A stretch of 44,369 bases of DNA from the sequence record SRR2962707_4930; one strand, 5' to 3'. This document shows, piece after piece, positions 28,826-38,055 of the stretch. Both the position numbers and the translations under genes were made by a program. The first letter of the stretch is position 1, and the number at the start of each line of letters is the position of its first letter. Under the pieces are notes generated by a model. The model was given only the letters and a program-made list of their open reading frames with translations. It did not search any database and was not told the origin of the DNA.

Positions 28826-29614
28826 ATGTCTGGAGATCTCTCACCCATCGACAAAGCAAAATTTGTTGCAGCCAAACGGGCCGCCGAATTTGTCCAAGAT
28901 GGTATGCGTGTCGGCCTTGGGACCGGCTCAACCGCCGCATGGCTTGTTCGTTGTCTGGGAGAAATGGTTCGGGACAACGGGTTGAAAATCCGGGGTGTCC
29001 CGACATCGACAAGAACCGCTCAATTGGCGCGTGAAGTCGGAATCGAAGTGATTACGCTGGATGAAGCGCGCTGGTTGGATGTTACCATCGATGGCGCGGA
29101 TGAGTTCGACGATGAGCTGAACCTGATCAAAGGGGGCGGCGGCGCTTTGTTGCAGGAAAAGATTGTCGCGACAGCCAGTGATCAAATGGTGGTGATTGCC
29201 GACGCGGCCAAACAAGTTGAAACCCTAGGTGCTTTTCCTTTGCCCTGCGAGGTGATCCCTTTTGGCTGGCGCACGACCCAAGCCCTGATCGAGGAAACCT
29301 TGGCGTCCATGGATGTTTTGGGGCGTAAAACGACTCTCAGAATGAATGGCGAGGCCCCTTATGTGACAGATGAAGGCAATTACATTGTCGATCTGCACCT
29401 CAATCGGATCGGCAATTCTCGCCAGCTTGCCTTGGTCCTAAATCAAATGCCTGGAGTGGTTGAAAACGGCCTGTTCGTCGATATCTGTGACGTCGTGGTT
29501 ATCGGGAATGCCGATGGTCGCGTTGAAGTGCGCGATATCAACGAAGGAACCGTCAAGGAAGAACAGGTTGAGTTCGCAGAAACCGACAATTTGTTCGCTG
29601 ATCTGGACGACTGA
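28826..29614 (+). CDS. rpiA: Ribose-5-phosphate isomerase A
   Basis: GLGTGST, DGADE and KGGGGALLQEK motifs. Confidence 0.97.
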   Translation: MSGDLSPIDKAKFVAAKRAAEFVQDGMRVGLGTGSTAAWLVRCLGEMVRDNGLKIRGVPTSTRTAQLAREVGIEVITLDEARWLDVTIDGADEFDDELNLIKGGGGALLQEKIVATASDQMVVIADAAKQVETLGAFPLPCEVIPFGWRTTQALIEETLASMDVLGRKTTLRMNGEAPYVTDEGNYIVDLHLNRIGNSRQLALVLNQMPGVVENGLFVDICDVVVIGNADGRVEVRDINEGTVKEEQVEFAETDNLFADLDD

Positions 29615-29623
29615 GGAAGTTTT

Positions 29624-30982
29624 ATGGAATTTGACTATGATTTGTTTGTCATCGGCGGCGGGTCGGGTGGCGTCAGGGCTGCACGTGTAGCAGCTGGCGA
29701 AACGGGTGCCAAAGTTGCTTTGGCCGAAGAAGACCGGTACGGCGGCACCTGCGTTATCCGCGGATGTGTTCCCAAAAAGCTCATGGTGTTCGCATCCGGC
29801 TTTGCCGAGATGGCCGAAGACGCGCAGAACTATGGTTGGGATGCGAGCATTGGCGATTTCTCTTGGCCATCGTTCCAAGGCAAACTTCATGCGGAACTTG
29901 ACCGCCTTGAAGGTATTTACCGTCGTCTGCTGGATGGGTCCGGTGTTGAGATGTTTGATGCCCGGGCCAAAGTGGTCGATGCGCATACTGTTGAGCTAAG
30001 CACTGGTGAACGCAAAACGGCAAAGCATATCCTTTTGGCAATGGGCGGGGCGCCAACGCTGGCGAATTTGCCGGGTGCTGAGCTGGCCATTACGTCGAAC
30101 GAAATTTTCCACCTCAAAGAACTGCCCAAAAAGATGCTGATTTTGGGCGGTGGGTACATTGCCTGCGAATTTGCCTGCATCCTGCATGGTCTGGGTGTTG
30201 AAGTGACGCAGTACTATCGCGGTGCACAGATCTTGCGCGGCTTTGATGATGAAGCACGGGGGCTTGTCTCAGAAGAGATGCAGCAACGTGGCATCAATCT
30301 GCATTTGGGCACGAATATCCTTGAGATGACCAAGGTCGATGGCGGAATCGCAGTCAAAGCGACCAACGGTGACGAAGCTGTGTTCGAAGAGGTCATGTTC
30401 GCTACAGGCCGGACTCCAAAGACGTCCGACATGGGGCTGGAAGAGGTCGGGGTCGAGCTGGCCCGAAGTGGCGCTGTGGTGGTTGACGAATATAGTCAAA
30501 CCGCTGTGCCCTCGATCTATGCCATTGGCGATGTCACGAACCGTGTGAATCTCACACCGGTGGCGATCCGCGAAGGCATGTGTTTTGTTGAGACCGTGTT
30601 CAAAGGCAATCCAACGCCAGTTGATCATGAGCTGATCCCCTCTGCGATCTTTACGCAACCCGAAATGGGGACTGTTGGTTTGTCCGAAGAGGCGGCGCGC
30701 GAACAAGAAGAGATCGAAGTTTATTGCACCTCCTTCAAACCGATGAAGTCTTCGTTCATCGGTCGGTCGGACCGCGTTTTGATGAAACTCATCGTGTCCG
30801 TGGCGACCCGTAAGGTCTTGGGTTGTCACATAGTGGCGCCAGAAGCCGGAGAGATGATCCAGTTGGCAGGGATCGCCGTAAAAATGGGCGCAACCAAAGA
30901 AGATTTCGATAGAACAGTCGCTGTTCACCCGACCATGTCGGAAGAATTGGTGACAATGCGTAATCCGGTGCGGACGGCTTGA
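29624..30982 (+). CDS. gor: Glutathione-disulfide reductase
   Basis: GGGSGG, GGTCVIRGCVPKK, GGGYIACE and HPTMSEE motifs. Confidence 0.95.
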   Translation: MEFDYDLFVIGGGSGGVRAARVAAGETGAKVALAEEDRYGGTCVIRGCVPKKLMVFASGFAEMAEDAQNYGWDASIGDFSWPSFQGKLHAELDRLEGIYRRLLDGSGVEMFDARAKVVDAHTVELSTGERKTAKHILLAMGGAPTLANLPGAELAITSNEIFHLKELPKKMLILGGGYIACEFACILHGLGVEVTQYYRGAQILRGFDDEARGLVSEEMQQRGINLHLGTNILEMTKVDGGIAVKATNGDEAVFEEVMFATGRTPKTSDMGLEEVGVELARSGAVVVDEYSQTAVPSIYAIGDVTNRVNLTPVAIREGMCFVETVFKGNPTPVDHELIPSAIFTQPEMGTVGLSEEAAREQEEIEVYCTSFKPMKSSFIGRSDRVLMKLIVSVATRKVLGCHIVAPEAGEMIQLAGIAVKMGATKEDFDRTVAVHPTMSEELVTMRNPVRTA

Positions 30983-31052
30983 ATTTCTGGGAAAAAAGCC
31001 CAGTTACAAAGCTAAGTGCACTATATAAATGAACGAGACAGGAAGGACCCAG

Positions 31053-32189
31053 ATGTCAGGTAGCAATGGCGGCCCCTGGGGTCGCGGCGGACAAGATGGC
31101 GGCAACGGAGGGAATAACAACAACGGCGGTGGCCGTGGTCCCAACGAGCCTTCACCGGTTCCCGAGATCGACGAGTTGGTCAAAAAAGGTCAAGAACGAC
31201 TGCGTGTGCTGATGGGCGGACGCGGCAATGGCGGTGGTTCCAACGGCAGTGGCGGTGGAGCTGGCGGTGGTGGTCCCCAGATCACCAAAGGTACTGTCGG
31301 CTTGGGCGCAATTGTCCTTGCCGCTCTTTGGCTCTACGCCAGTGCGTATACCGTGAAGCCAGAAGAGCAATCGGTTGAATTGTTCTTGGGTGAATATTCT
31401 TCGACCGGTAATCCGGGTCTGAACTTTGCGCCTTGGCCACTGATCACAAAAGAGATCATTCCGGTGACACGCGAACAGACCGAAGATATAGGTGTTGGTG
31501 CGCGCGGCAGCGAAGCGGGCCTGATGTTGACGGGTGACGAAAATATCGTCGACATTGATTTCCAGGTTGTCTGGAACATCAACGATCCCGCGAAATACCT
31601 GTTTAATCTGCGCGATCCACGCCAGACGATGCGGGCTGTTTCTGAATCCGCGATGCGTGAAATTATCGCTCAGTCAGAGCTTGCGCCGATCCTGAACCGG
31701 GATCGTGGCAGCATTGCCAGCCGTTTGCAGGATTTGATCCAATCGACCCTCGATAGCTACGACAGTGGCTTGAACGTGGTTCGTGTGAACTTTGACAAGG
31801 CTGACCCGCCCGAGCAGGTTATTGATGCGTTCCGCGAAGTTCAGGCAGCTGAACAGCAGCGTGACCGTCTTGAAAAAGAAGCGGATGCTTATGCCAACCG
31901 CGTGGTTGCCGAAGCACGCGGTGAAGCTGCGCAGGTTCTGGAAGAAGCCGAGGGTTATCGGGCACGTGTTGTGAACGAAGCTCAGGGTGAAGCCAGCCGT
32001 TTCAGCGCAGTTTTGACAGAATATCAAAAAGCGCCGGACGTCACACGGAAGCGTTTGTACCTTGAAACGATGGAAGAAGTGTTGGGCCGTATCGACAAAG
32101 TGATCATCGAAGAGCAGCCGGGCGGGCAGGGTGTTGTGCCTTATCTGCCGCTGAACGAGTTGCGTCGTAACTCAACAGGAGGCAATTGA
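31053..32189 (+). CDS. hflK: FtsH modulator HflK
   Basis: Gly-rich N-term with GPWG, TM segment, SPFH domain MLTGDENIVD, KAPDVTRKRLYLETME. Confidence 0.95.
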   Translation: MSGSNGGPWGRGGQDGGNGGNNNNGGGRGPNEPSPVPEIDELVKKGQERLRVLMGGRGNGGGSNGSGGGAGGGGPQITKGTVGLGAIVLAALWLYASAYTVKPEEQSVELFLGEYSSTGNPGLNFAPWPLITKEIIPVTREQTEDIGVGARGSEAGLMLTGDENIVDIDFQVVWNINDPAKYLFNLRDPRQTMRAVSESAMREIIAQSELAPILNRDRGSIASRLQDLIQSTLDSYDSGLNVVRVNFDKADPPEQVIDAFREVQAAEQQRDRLEKEADAYANRVVAEARGEAAQVLEEAEGYRARVVNEAQGEASRFSAVLTEYQKAPDVTRKRLYLETMEEVLGRIDKVIIEEQPGGQGVVPYLPLNELRRNSTGGN

Positions 32190-32190
32190 T

Positions 32191-33069
32191 ATGCGGAAAT
32201 CAGCACTTATTCTGCCAGTCGCCGTTGTTGCGTTTGTTGGAATTATTTCCTCGATGTTCATCGTGGACGAACGTGAAACCGGCTTGGTCCTTCAATTCGG
32301 CCGGGTTGTTTCGGTTAAAGAAGACCCGGGCTTGGCGTTCAAAATTCCGTTGATCCAAGAAGTCGTTAAATATGACGACCGTATTCTAAGCCGCGACATT
32401 GACCCGCTTGAGGTCACGCCTTTGGATGACCGCCGTTTGGTGGTTGACGCCTTCGCACGCTACCGGATTGTCGATGTTAACCAGTTCCGTCAGGCTGTTG
32501 GTGTCGGTGGAATTCCCGTTGCCGAAAACCGTCTCGACTCGATCTTGCGGTCTCAGACACGGGAAGTCTTGGGTTCGGTTTCATCAAACGACATTCTTAG
32601 CTCTGACCGTGCTGCATTGATGCAGCGCATTCGCGATGGCGCCTTGATTGACGCAGAAGCGCTGGGATTGGAAATCATTGACGTGCGTCTGAAAAAGACG
32701 GATTTGCCACGCGAAAACCTGGATGCGACCTTTGCGCGTATGCGGGCTGAGCGGGAACGTGAAGCGGCGGATGAAATCGCTCGTGGTAACGAAGCGGCAC
32801 AACGTGTCCGTGCTCTTGCGGATCGTACTCAGGTTGAGATCGTTTCTGACGCGAAGCGTGACTCCGAGATTACCCGAGGTGAAGCAGATGCCCTCCGAAA
32901 CGGCATTTACGCGGAAGCCTTTGGTGCGGACATCGAGTTCTTTGAATTCTACCGCTCTCTGGCGGCCTACCAGCGGTCGCTTCAAGCCGGGAATTCGACA
33001 ATTGTCATGTCGCCCAACAGTGAGTTCTTTAACTACCTGCGCTCACCAGATGGGTATTCAAACAAATAA
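32191..33069 (+). CDS. hflC: FtsH modulator HflC
   Basis: N-terminal TM, SPFH domain, RMRAERER and FFEFYRSL motifs; follows hflK. Confidence 0.95.
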   Translation: MRKSALILPVAVVAFVGIISSMFIVDERETGLVLQFGRVVSVKEDPGLAFKIPLIQEVVKYDDRILSRDIDPLEVTPLDDRRLVVDAFARYRIVDVNQFRQAVGVGGIPVAENRLDSILRSQTREVLGSVSSNDILSSDRAALMQRIRDGALIDAEALGLEIIDVRLKKTDLPRENLDATFARMRAEREREAADEIARGNEAAQRVRALADRTQVEIVSDAKRDSEITRGEADALRNGIYAEAFGADIEFFEFYRSLAAYQRSLQAGNSTIVMSPNSEFFNYLRSPDGYSNK

Positions 33070-33106
33070 GCTTTGGCTTTGCCACGATGTGGTTGATGCA
33101 AATAGA

Positions 33107-33142
33107 GAAAGGGCTGGCGCATGCGTCGGCCCTTTTTCTTTT
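33107..33142 (+). terminator. Terminator after hflC
   Basis: AAAGGGCTGGCGC...GCGTCGGCCCTTT hairpin followed by T-rich tract. Confidence 0.75.
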
Positions 33143-33308
33143 CAAACGGGTGTGATTTGATCGCGGTGGATCACCGTTCAATCACATAAGCTTGATACTG
33201 CTGCGTTAGGCCTTTCGTGTTGCCCTTCCGCACCTATCTCTGACAGAGTACACCCGAGGCTGGGCCTTGTGCCCTTTGCAGTCCTCCGAAGACGACAAGG
33301 AGAAAGCG

Positions 33309-34784
33309 TTGAAACCCCTATCCCTCGCCCGAAAACGGGAAGAAGTGATGCCAGTGCGATTGTTCTGGCTCGCGACATTGTCGATGGTCTTGATCATCTC
33401 GCAGTCCTTGATGGCGCATGCCCGTGGAGCCCCTGATAGCTTTGCTGACCTGGCAGAGCGGATCAGCCCGTCGGTTGTGAACATCACGACGACAACCACA
33501 GTGGCGGGTCGTACCGGACCCCAAGGAATTGTCCCCGAGGGCTCGCCTTTCGAGGATTTCTTTCGTGAGTTTCAGGATCGCAATGGGCAGGGCAATGACC
33601 GCCCACGCCGGTCTTCTGCACTCGGTTCAGGCTTTGTTATTTCCGAAGACGGGTTTGTTGTGACCAACAACCACGTCATCGAAGGTGCCGACGAAATCTT
33701 GATTGAGTTCTTCTCAGGCGAAGAGCTTCCGGCCGTTGTTGTTGGTACAGACAAGAATACAGACATCGCGCTGCTGAAAGTTTCAGCGGATGATCCGCTT
33801 CCCTTCGTCAATTTTGGTGACAGTGATCTGTCCCGCGTTGGTGATTGGGTAATGGCAATGGGGAACCCGTTGGGGCAGGGCTTCTCTGTCTCGGCAGGTA
33901 TCGTGTCGGCCCGCAACCGCGCGCTGAGCGGCTCATATGACGACTACATCCAGACTGACGCTGCGATTAACCGTGGTAACTCTGGCGGCCCGCTGTTCAA
34001 TATGGACGGTGACGTTGTTGGCGTGAACACAGCGATCCTGTCGCCAAACGGTGGTTCGATCGGCATTGGGTTTTCGATGGCCTCGAATGTCGTCACCAAA
34101 GTTGTTGATCAATTGAAAGAGTTCGGGGAAACCCGCCGTGGTTGGTTGGGTGTCCGCATTCAAGACGTCACAGACGATGTGGCCGAAGCCTTGGGTCTGG
34201 AAGACGCCAAAGGCGCGCTGGTCTCGGATGTGCCCGAAGGTCCGGCCATGGAAGCTGGCATTGAAGCCGGTGATGTGATCGTCAGCTTTGATGGAAAAGA
34301 TGTCGAGGATACTCGGGGATTGGTCCGTCAGGTCGGCAATACAACTGTCGGTAAGGCCGTGCGCATTGTTGTGAACCGTGACGGGGCGACACAAACTCTG
34401 TTGGTCACGTTGGGGCGCCGAGAAGAAGCCGAGGCCGCTGTACCGGCAGCTGCGCCGGGCATGCCTGAAAAACCTGCAGAGGTTGAGCTTTTGGGCCTGA
34501 CGCTAAGCCCGGTCACGGATGAAATCCGCGAACAGCTTGAATTGCCGTCCACCGCAAAAGGTTTGGTTGTCATGGATGTCGATGAAACCTCTTCTGCATT
34601 CGAAAAAGGTTTGCGGGCTGGTGATTTGATTTCCGAAGCAGGTCAAAGCGCTGTTCTGAGTGTTGATGATCTGAAAGACCGGATCGCAGAGGCAAAAGAA
34701 GCGGGTCGGAAATCCCTGTTGCTCCTCGTTCGTCGTGGGGGTGATCCCCGTTTTGTCGCGCTGGGTCTTGACGACGCCAAGTGA
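33309..34784 (+). CDS. degP: DegP/DegQ (Do-family) periplasmic serine protease with two PDZ domains
   Basis: GSGFVIS, TNNHVI, DIALLK and INRGNSGG triad motifs; signal peptide; TTG start after AAGGAG. Confidence 0.93.
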   Translation: MKPLSLARKREEVMPVRLFWLATLSMVLIISQSLMAHARGAPDSFADLAERISPSVVNITTTTTVAGRTGPQGIVPEGSPFEDFFREFQDRNGQGNDRPRRSSALGSGFVISEDGFVVTNNHVIEGADEILIEFFSGEELPAVVVGTDKNTDIALLKVSADDPLPFVNFGDSDLSRVGDWVMAMGNPLGQGFSVSAGIVSARNRALSGSYDDYIQTDAAINRGNSGGPLFNMDGDVVGVNTAILSPNGGSIGIGFSMASNVVTKVVDQLKEFGETRRGWLGVRIQDVTDDVAEALGLEDAKGALVSDVPEGPAMEAGIEAGDVIVSFDGKDVEDTRGLVRQVGNTTVGKAVRIVVNRDGATQTLLVTLGRREEAEAAVPAAAPGMPEKPAEVELLGLTLSPVTDEIREQLELPSTAKGLVVMDVDETSSAFEKGLRAGDLISEAGQSAVLSVDDLKDRIAEAKEAGRKSLLLLVRRGGDPRFVALGLDDAK

Positions 34785-34809
34785 TCAAAACAATCTGAAC
34801 TCAAGAATT

Positions 34810-34835
34810 GGGCGTCTCGTTGAGGCGCCCTTTTT
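34810..34835 (+). terminator. Terminator after degP
   Basis: GGGCGTCTC-GTT-GAGGCGCCC followed by TTTTT. Confidence 0.8.
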
Positions 34836-34849
34836 CGTTTTTGAAGCGC

Positions 34850-35674
34850 TTATTCAGCGGCGACATACGTGTGGCTCATGGCGTTTTGCGCAGCGCGCCA
34901 CAATGCAAAGCGTGGCGCGTTTTCGGAATAAATGCAGTCTGTTAGCCGAATGCGCAATCCGCTGGCGACAGGCCGCTTTATCACCACATTCGCGCAGAGC
35001 GCGAGCGGCAGACCTTCGTGAATGTCAAAGGGACGGTTGGCCTCGGCGGGCTCGGTATGGGCACAGATCCCACCGTCTTCCAACGCTGTGCCTGCGGGAA
35101 GGTTTTCAGCCGCATAGGCAATTTGGGGGCCTCGGCACACTGGCGAGGTGTCCGTCTCAAAAGGCGTGTGTCCTGACATGATTTCCTGGGCACGGACAAG
35201 AACCGCCTCAACTTCATCATCAGAGCGCACTAACCAAATTGCACGCCCGGCTTGTCGAGACAGGTTGTGCAGCCATGGCCCATATAGGTCGAGTGTGTCT
35301 TGTTGGGATATGATGACATGCGCGCCTGATGCCAACGCGGCCGCTGCGTTTTGGGCCACGTCAAAACTGTCTGCTCCAGTGTCGATGACAAGTTGCGCAG
35401 CCGTCGGCCTAAGAAGTAGATCGAGGTCCTCACAGATTGCGACTTGACCACAATGCGCCGCCGTCGTGGCATCCTGAGCCGATTTGACGGCCCTGTCCGG
35501 TATGTTGAACGCGTCTACAAGGCTGTCAGCATCTGGTGCGCAGAGCGCGGTAAGTCGAAACTCGGGGCTTTCGATGATTGTCTGGACAAAGTGTCGGGCC
35601 AATGGAGTGGTGCCAATTACGGCTGCTAGGTGCCGTGGTTGCGTGACCTGTGTCGACTGATTACTCTTACCCAT
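34850..35674 (-). CDS. Degenerate NAD(P)-binding/SAF-domain protein (homoserine-dehydrogenase-like SAF family), apparently shortened
   Basis: Rossmann-like N-term (LVIDTGA...AALASGAHVI) and SAF-like C-term (AAENLPAGTALED...LPLALCANVVIKRPVASGLRIRLTDC). Confidence 0.55.
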   Translation of the reverse strand: MGKSNQSTQVTQPRHLAAVIGTTPLARHFVQTIIESPEFRLTALCAPDADSLVDAFNIPDRAVKSAQDATTAAHCGQVAICEDLDLLLRPTAAQLVIDTGADSFDVAQNAAAALASGAHVIISQQDTLDLYGPWLHNLSRQAGRAIWLVRSDDEVEAVLVRAQEIMSGHTPFETDTSPVCRGPQIAYAAENLPAGTALEDGGICAHTEPAEANRPFDIHEGLPLALCANVVIKRPVASGLRIRLTDCIYSENAPRFALWRAAQNAMSHTYVAAE

Positions 35675-35782
35675 ATCCGCCTCATCAATACCTGCCGCCC
35701 AAAACCCATTGAGCCCAAGCTTTTGGGTTGTTTTCCGGCAGGATCAGGGCAGTGTTAAGGCGATTATTGGGACGAAACGTTG

Positions 35783-36310
35783 TTAGCCCTGACCCAAATC
35801 GATGGCGATAATGCCCAATTCCCGCGCTGTTCGCAGGGATAGTTTAGCACTGTCGAGGCCAAATTGTTGCTGGTAATGTTCGACGGCGGCAGAGGTCGGC
35901 GCGTCCAATTTACCATTGATCCGCCCTTTGTAATATCCTCTGGCAAATAATGCGCGCTGGAGAGATGCAATAAACTGAGTCGTGACCTGATCGGGGCAGG
36001 GGGCCGGAAAGGTGACCTCAGCCTGAGGTTTGACCAGTCTTGGAACTGGGGCATTTCGATAGATCGGCGCGCGGAGGATCGTGCCATCTGGCGCGAGCTC
36101 GGCCTGAACCACTTGAACCTGTCCCATGACATGGTCGTATTCAGCGGGGGTGATTTCGCGTGCAAAACAGCTGCCATCTGCGGCGGTTTCTGTGGCCGGG
36201 GTCTGAAGGTCGCTGGCGGCCTTATTAACCTGTGAGACGCTCTGATTTTGCGGCACGCAGGCAGACACCAGTCCGAGCATGGCCGCTATTAGGACACCCT
36301 GTCGTCTCAT
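35783..36310 (-). CDS. Peptidoglycan-binding-domain lipoprotein
   Basis: Lipobox VSAC; C-terminal LQRALFARGYYKGRINGKLDAPTSAAVEHYQ, PG_binding_1-like. Confidence 0.85.
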   Translation of the reverse strand: MRRQGVLIAAMLGLVSACVPQNQSVSQVNKAASDLQTPATETAADGSCFAREITPAEYDHVMGQVQVVQAELAPDGTILRAPIYRNAPVPRLVKPQAEVTFPAPCPDQVTTQFIASLQRALFARGYYKGRINGKLDAPTSAAVEHYQQQFGLDSAKLSLRTARELGIIAIDLGQG

Positions 36311-36353
36311 CTGGCTGCGCGTGCCTCATTTTTGTTTGGCTCTTTTCTGGAGT

Positions 36354-36737
36354 TTAGCCATTTTGTGGCTTGGGGGGAAGGGCTTGTGGCGCTGCCAGCA
36401 ACGTATCCAGCAAAGCCGATATATCTTCGATCTCTTCTGCCAGGATATGGGTGACCTCATTGTCACGCTGCAGGCGCCCGGTCACACGTAACAGACGGCC
36501 CGAAATCACCGCGCGGCGAAAACGCTCATACATTTTGCGCCAGACAATTATATTCACAACGCCCGTCTCATCTTCCAAAGTCAGAAAGATCACGCCCTTT
36601 GCGGTGCCCGGGCGCTGACGCAGGATGACGAGGCCGGCAACAGCAACCCGCGCGCCTTGTGGCGGTTCCTCCAGACGGTTCGCCGTAAGGCAGGACGGTG
36701 GGCGCGGCCAGCGATCATAAGGAGGCATGACATTCAT
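36354..36737 (-). CDS. Stand-alone OB-fold protein resembling the DnaE2 C-terminal OB domain
   Basis: VAVAGLVILRQRPGTAKGVIFLTLEDETGVVNIIVW...LLRVTGRLQR...HILA matches the DnaE2 OB motif; 127 aa. Confidence 0.85.
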   Translation of the reverse strand: MNVMPPYDRWPRPPSCLTANRLEEPPQGARVAVAGLVILRQRPGTAKGVIFLTLEDETGVVNIIVWRKMYERFRRAVISGRLLRVTGRLQRDNEVTHILAEEIEDISALLDTLLAAPQALPPKPQNG

Positions 36738-36739
36738 GG

Positions 36740-36773
36740 GAACAAATGTAGAACATGATGCGCATTGATGCAA
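36740..36773 (-). promoter_or_regulatory. LexA (SOS) box overlapping a sigma-70 promoter
   Basis: GAAC-AAATGTA-GAAC (36740-36754) is the alphaproteobacterial GTTC-N7-GTTC box; minus strand TTGCAT-N17-TACATT lies 7 nt before the ATG. Confidence 0.85.
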
Positions 36774-36853
36774 CTAACGCGGTGTTTACCTGCCGGGCCT
36801 CATTTTGCACTGGTGAAACGGCGAGGGGTTTCTTAGTTAAAGGCAAATATTGA

Positions 36854-37194
<341 letters not shown>

Positions 37195-37195
<1 letters not shown>

Positions 37196-37947
37196 TGTCG
37201 GGCAGGGCGCGGCGACTTCTGATGCGCTTACGTCCTGCTCTGGCGCGCCGCGCGGGGCTTATGCTGTGCTTGGGGCTGACAGGTCTTGGGACATCGGCAG
37301 CGGCCCAGATAACACATGCCGAATATGCGGATCCGACAACCCGCTATGACCACGGTATTCTGGGTGACGCAGTGGAATGGGGTACGCTGGTTGTCACCCT
37401 GGAAAACGGAAAACGTCTCCGCGCAAAATTGCCGGAGAACGCGGTGTTTGAAGATCTGGCCCCAAGGTTGGCGGATCTCGACAATGACGGGTTTAACGAA
37501 GTCATCGTGATCGAGACAAGTCTGACGAAAGGCGCTCGCCTTGCCGTTTGGGATGAAACCGGTCGTTTGGCGGCAACCCCCTATATCGGGCGCAAAAACC
37601 GTTGGTTGGCGCCGGTCGGTGCAGCTGACTTAGACGGCGATGGCTCTGTTGAAATCGCCTATATTGATCGCCCGCATCTCGCCAAGGTTTTGCGCATCTG
37701 GCGCTTTTCTGGAAATTCTTTGACCCATGTCACCGATATTCCCGGGCTGACCAACCATCGGATAGGCTGGGACCATATTCCCGGCGGAATTCGCGATTGC
37801 GGCTCAGGACCCGAAATTGTGACGGCGACGGGGGACTGGAAAAACATCGCCATCACGAAGATGGAGAACAAAAGATATCGAACTCAAACGGTTGGTAAGT
37901 ATCTCGGACCAGACTCCCTCAACCAAGCGCTGGATTGCCTGAACTAA
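37195..37947 (+). CDS. Secreted FG-GAP/VCBS-repeat protein
   Basis: Signal peptide, DLDNDGFNE and DLDGDGSVE repeats, YDHGILGD motif; TGATG overlap with fdx. Confidence 0.8.
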
Positions 37948-37968
37948 AGCCCAGGGCTTTGGACAATC

Positions 37969-38019
37969 CCTTATCTTTTGGCTGAAAGTATCCCGGGGGT
38001 GCGGGGGCAGAGCCCCCGC
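37969..38019. repeat. REP-like palindromic element
   Basis: CTTATCTTTTGGCTGAAAGTATCCCGGGGGT-GCGGGGGC-AGA-GCCCCCGC between convergent genes, with no U-tail. Confidence 0.5.
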
Positions 38020-38055
38020 TCGAGGTCCGAATTTTAGACCTTCACTTCAATTAGC

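Noticed and set aside
31060-31280. GGC/AAC-rich repetitive sequence
   Set aside because: Encodes the ordinary Gly/Asn-rich N-terminus of HflK
36354-36737. dnaE2 pseudogene interpretation
   Set aside because: Intact frame with its own promoter and LexA box directly at the start, and no upstream polymerase remnant (fdx is immediately adjacent)
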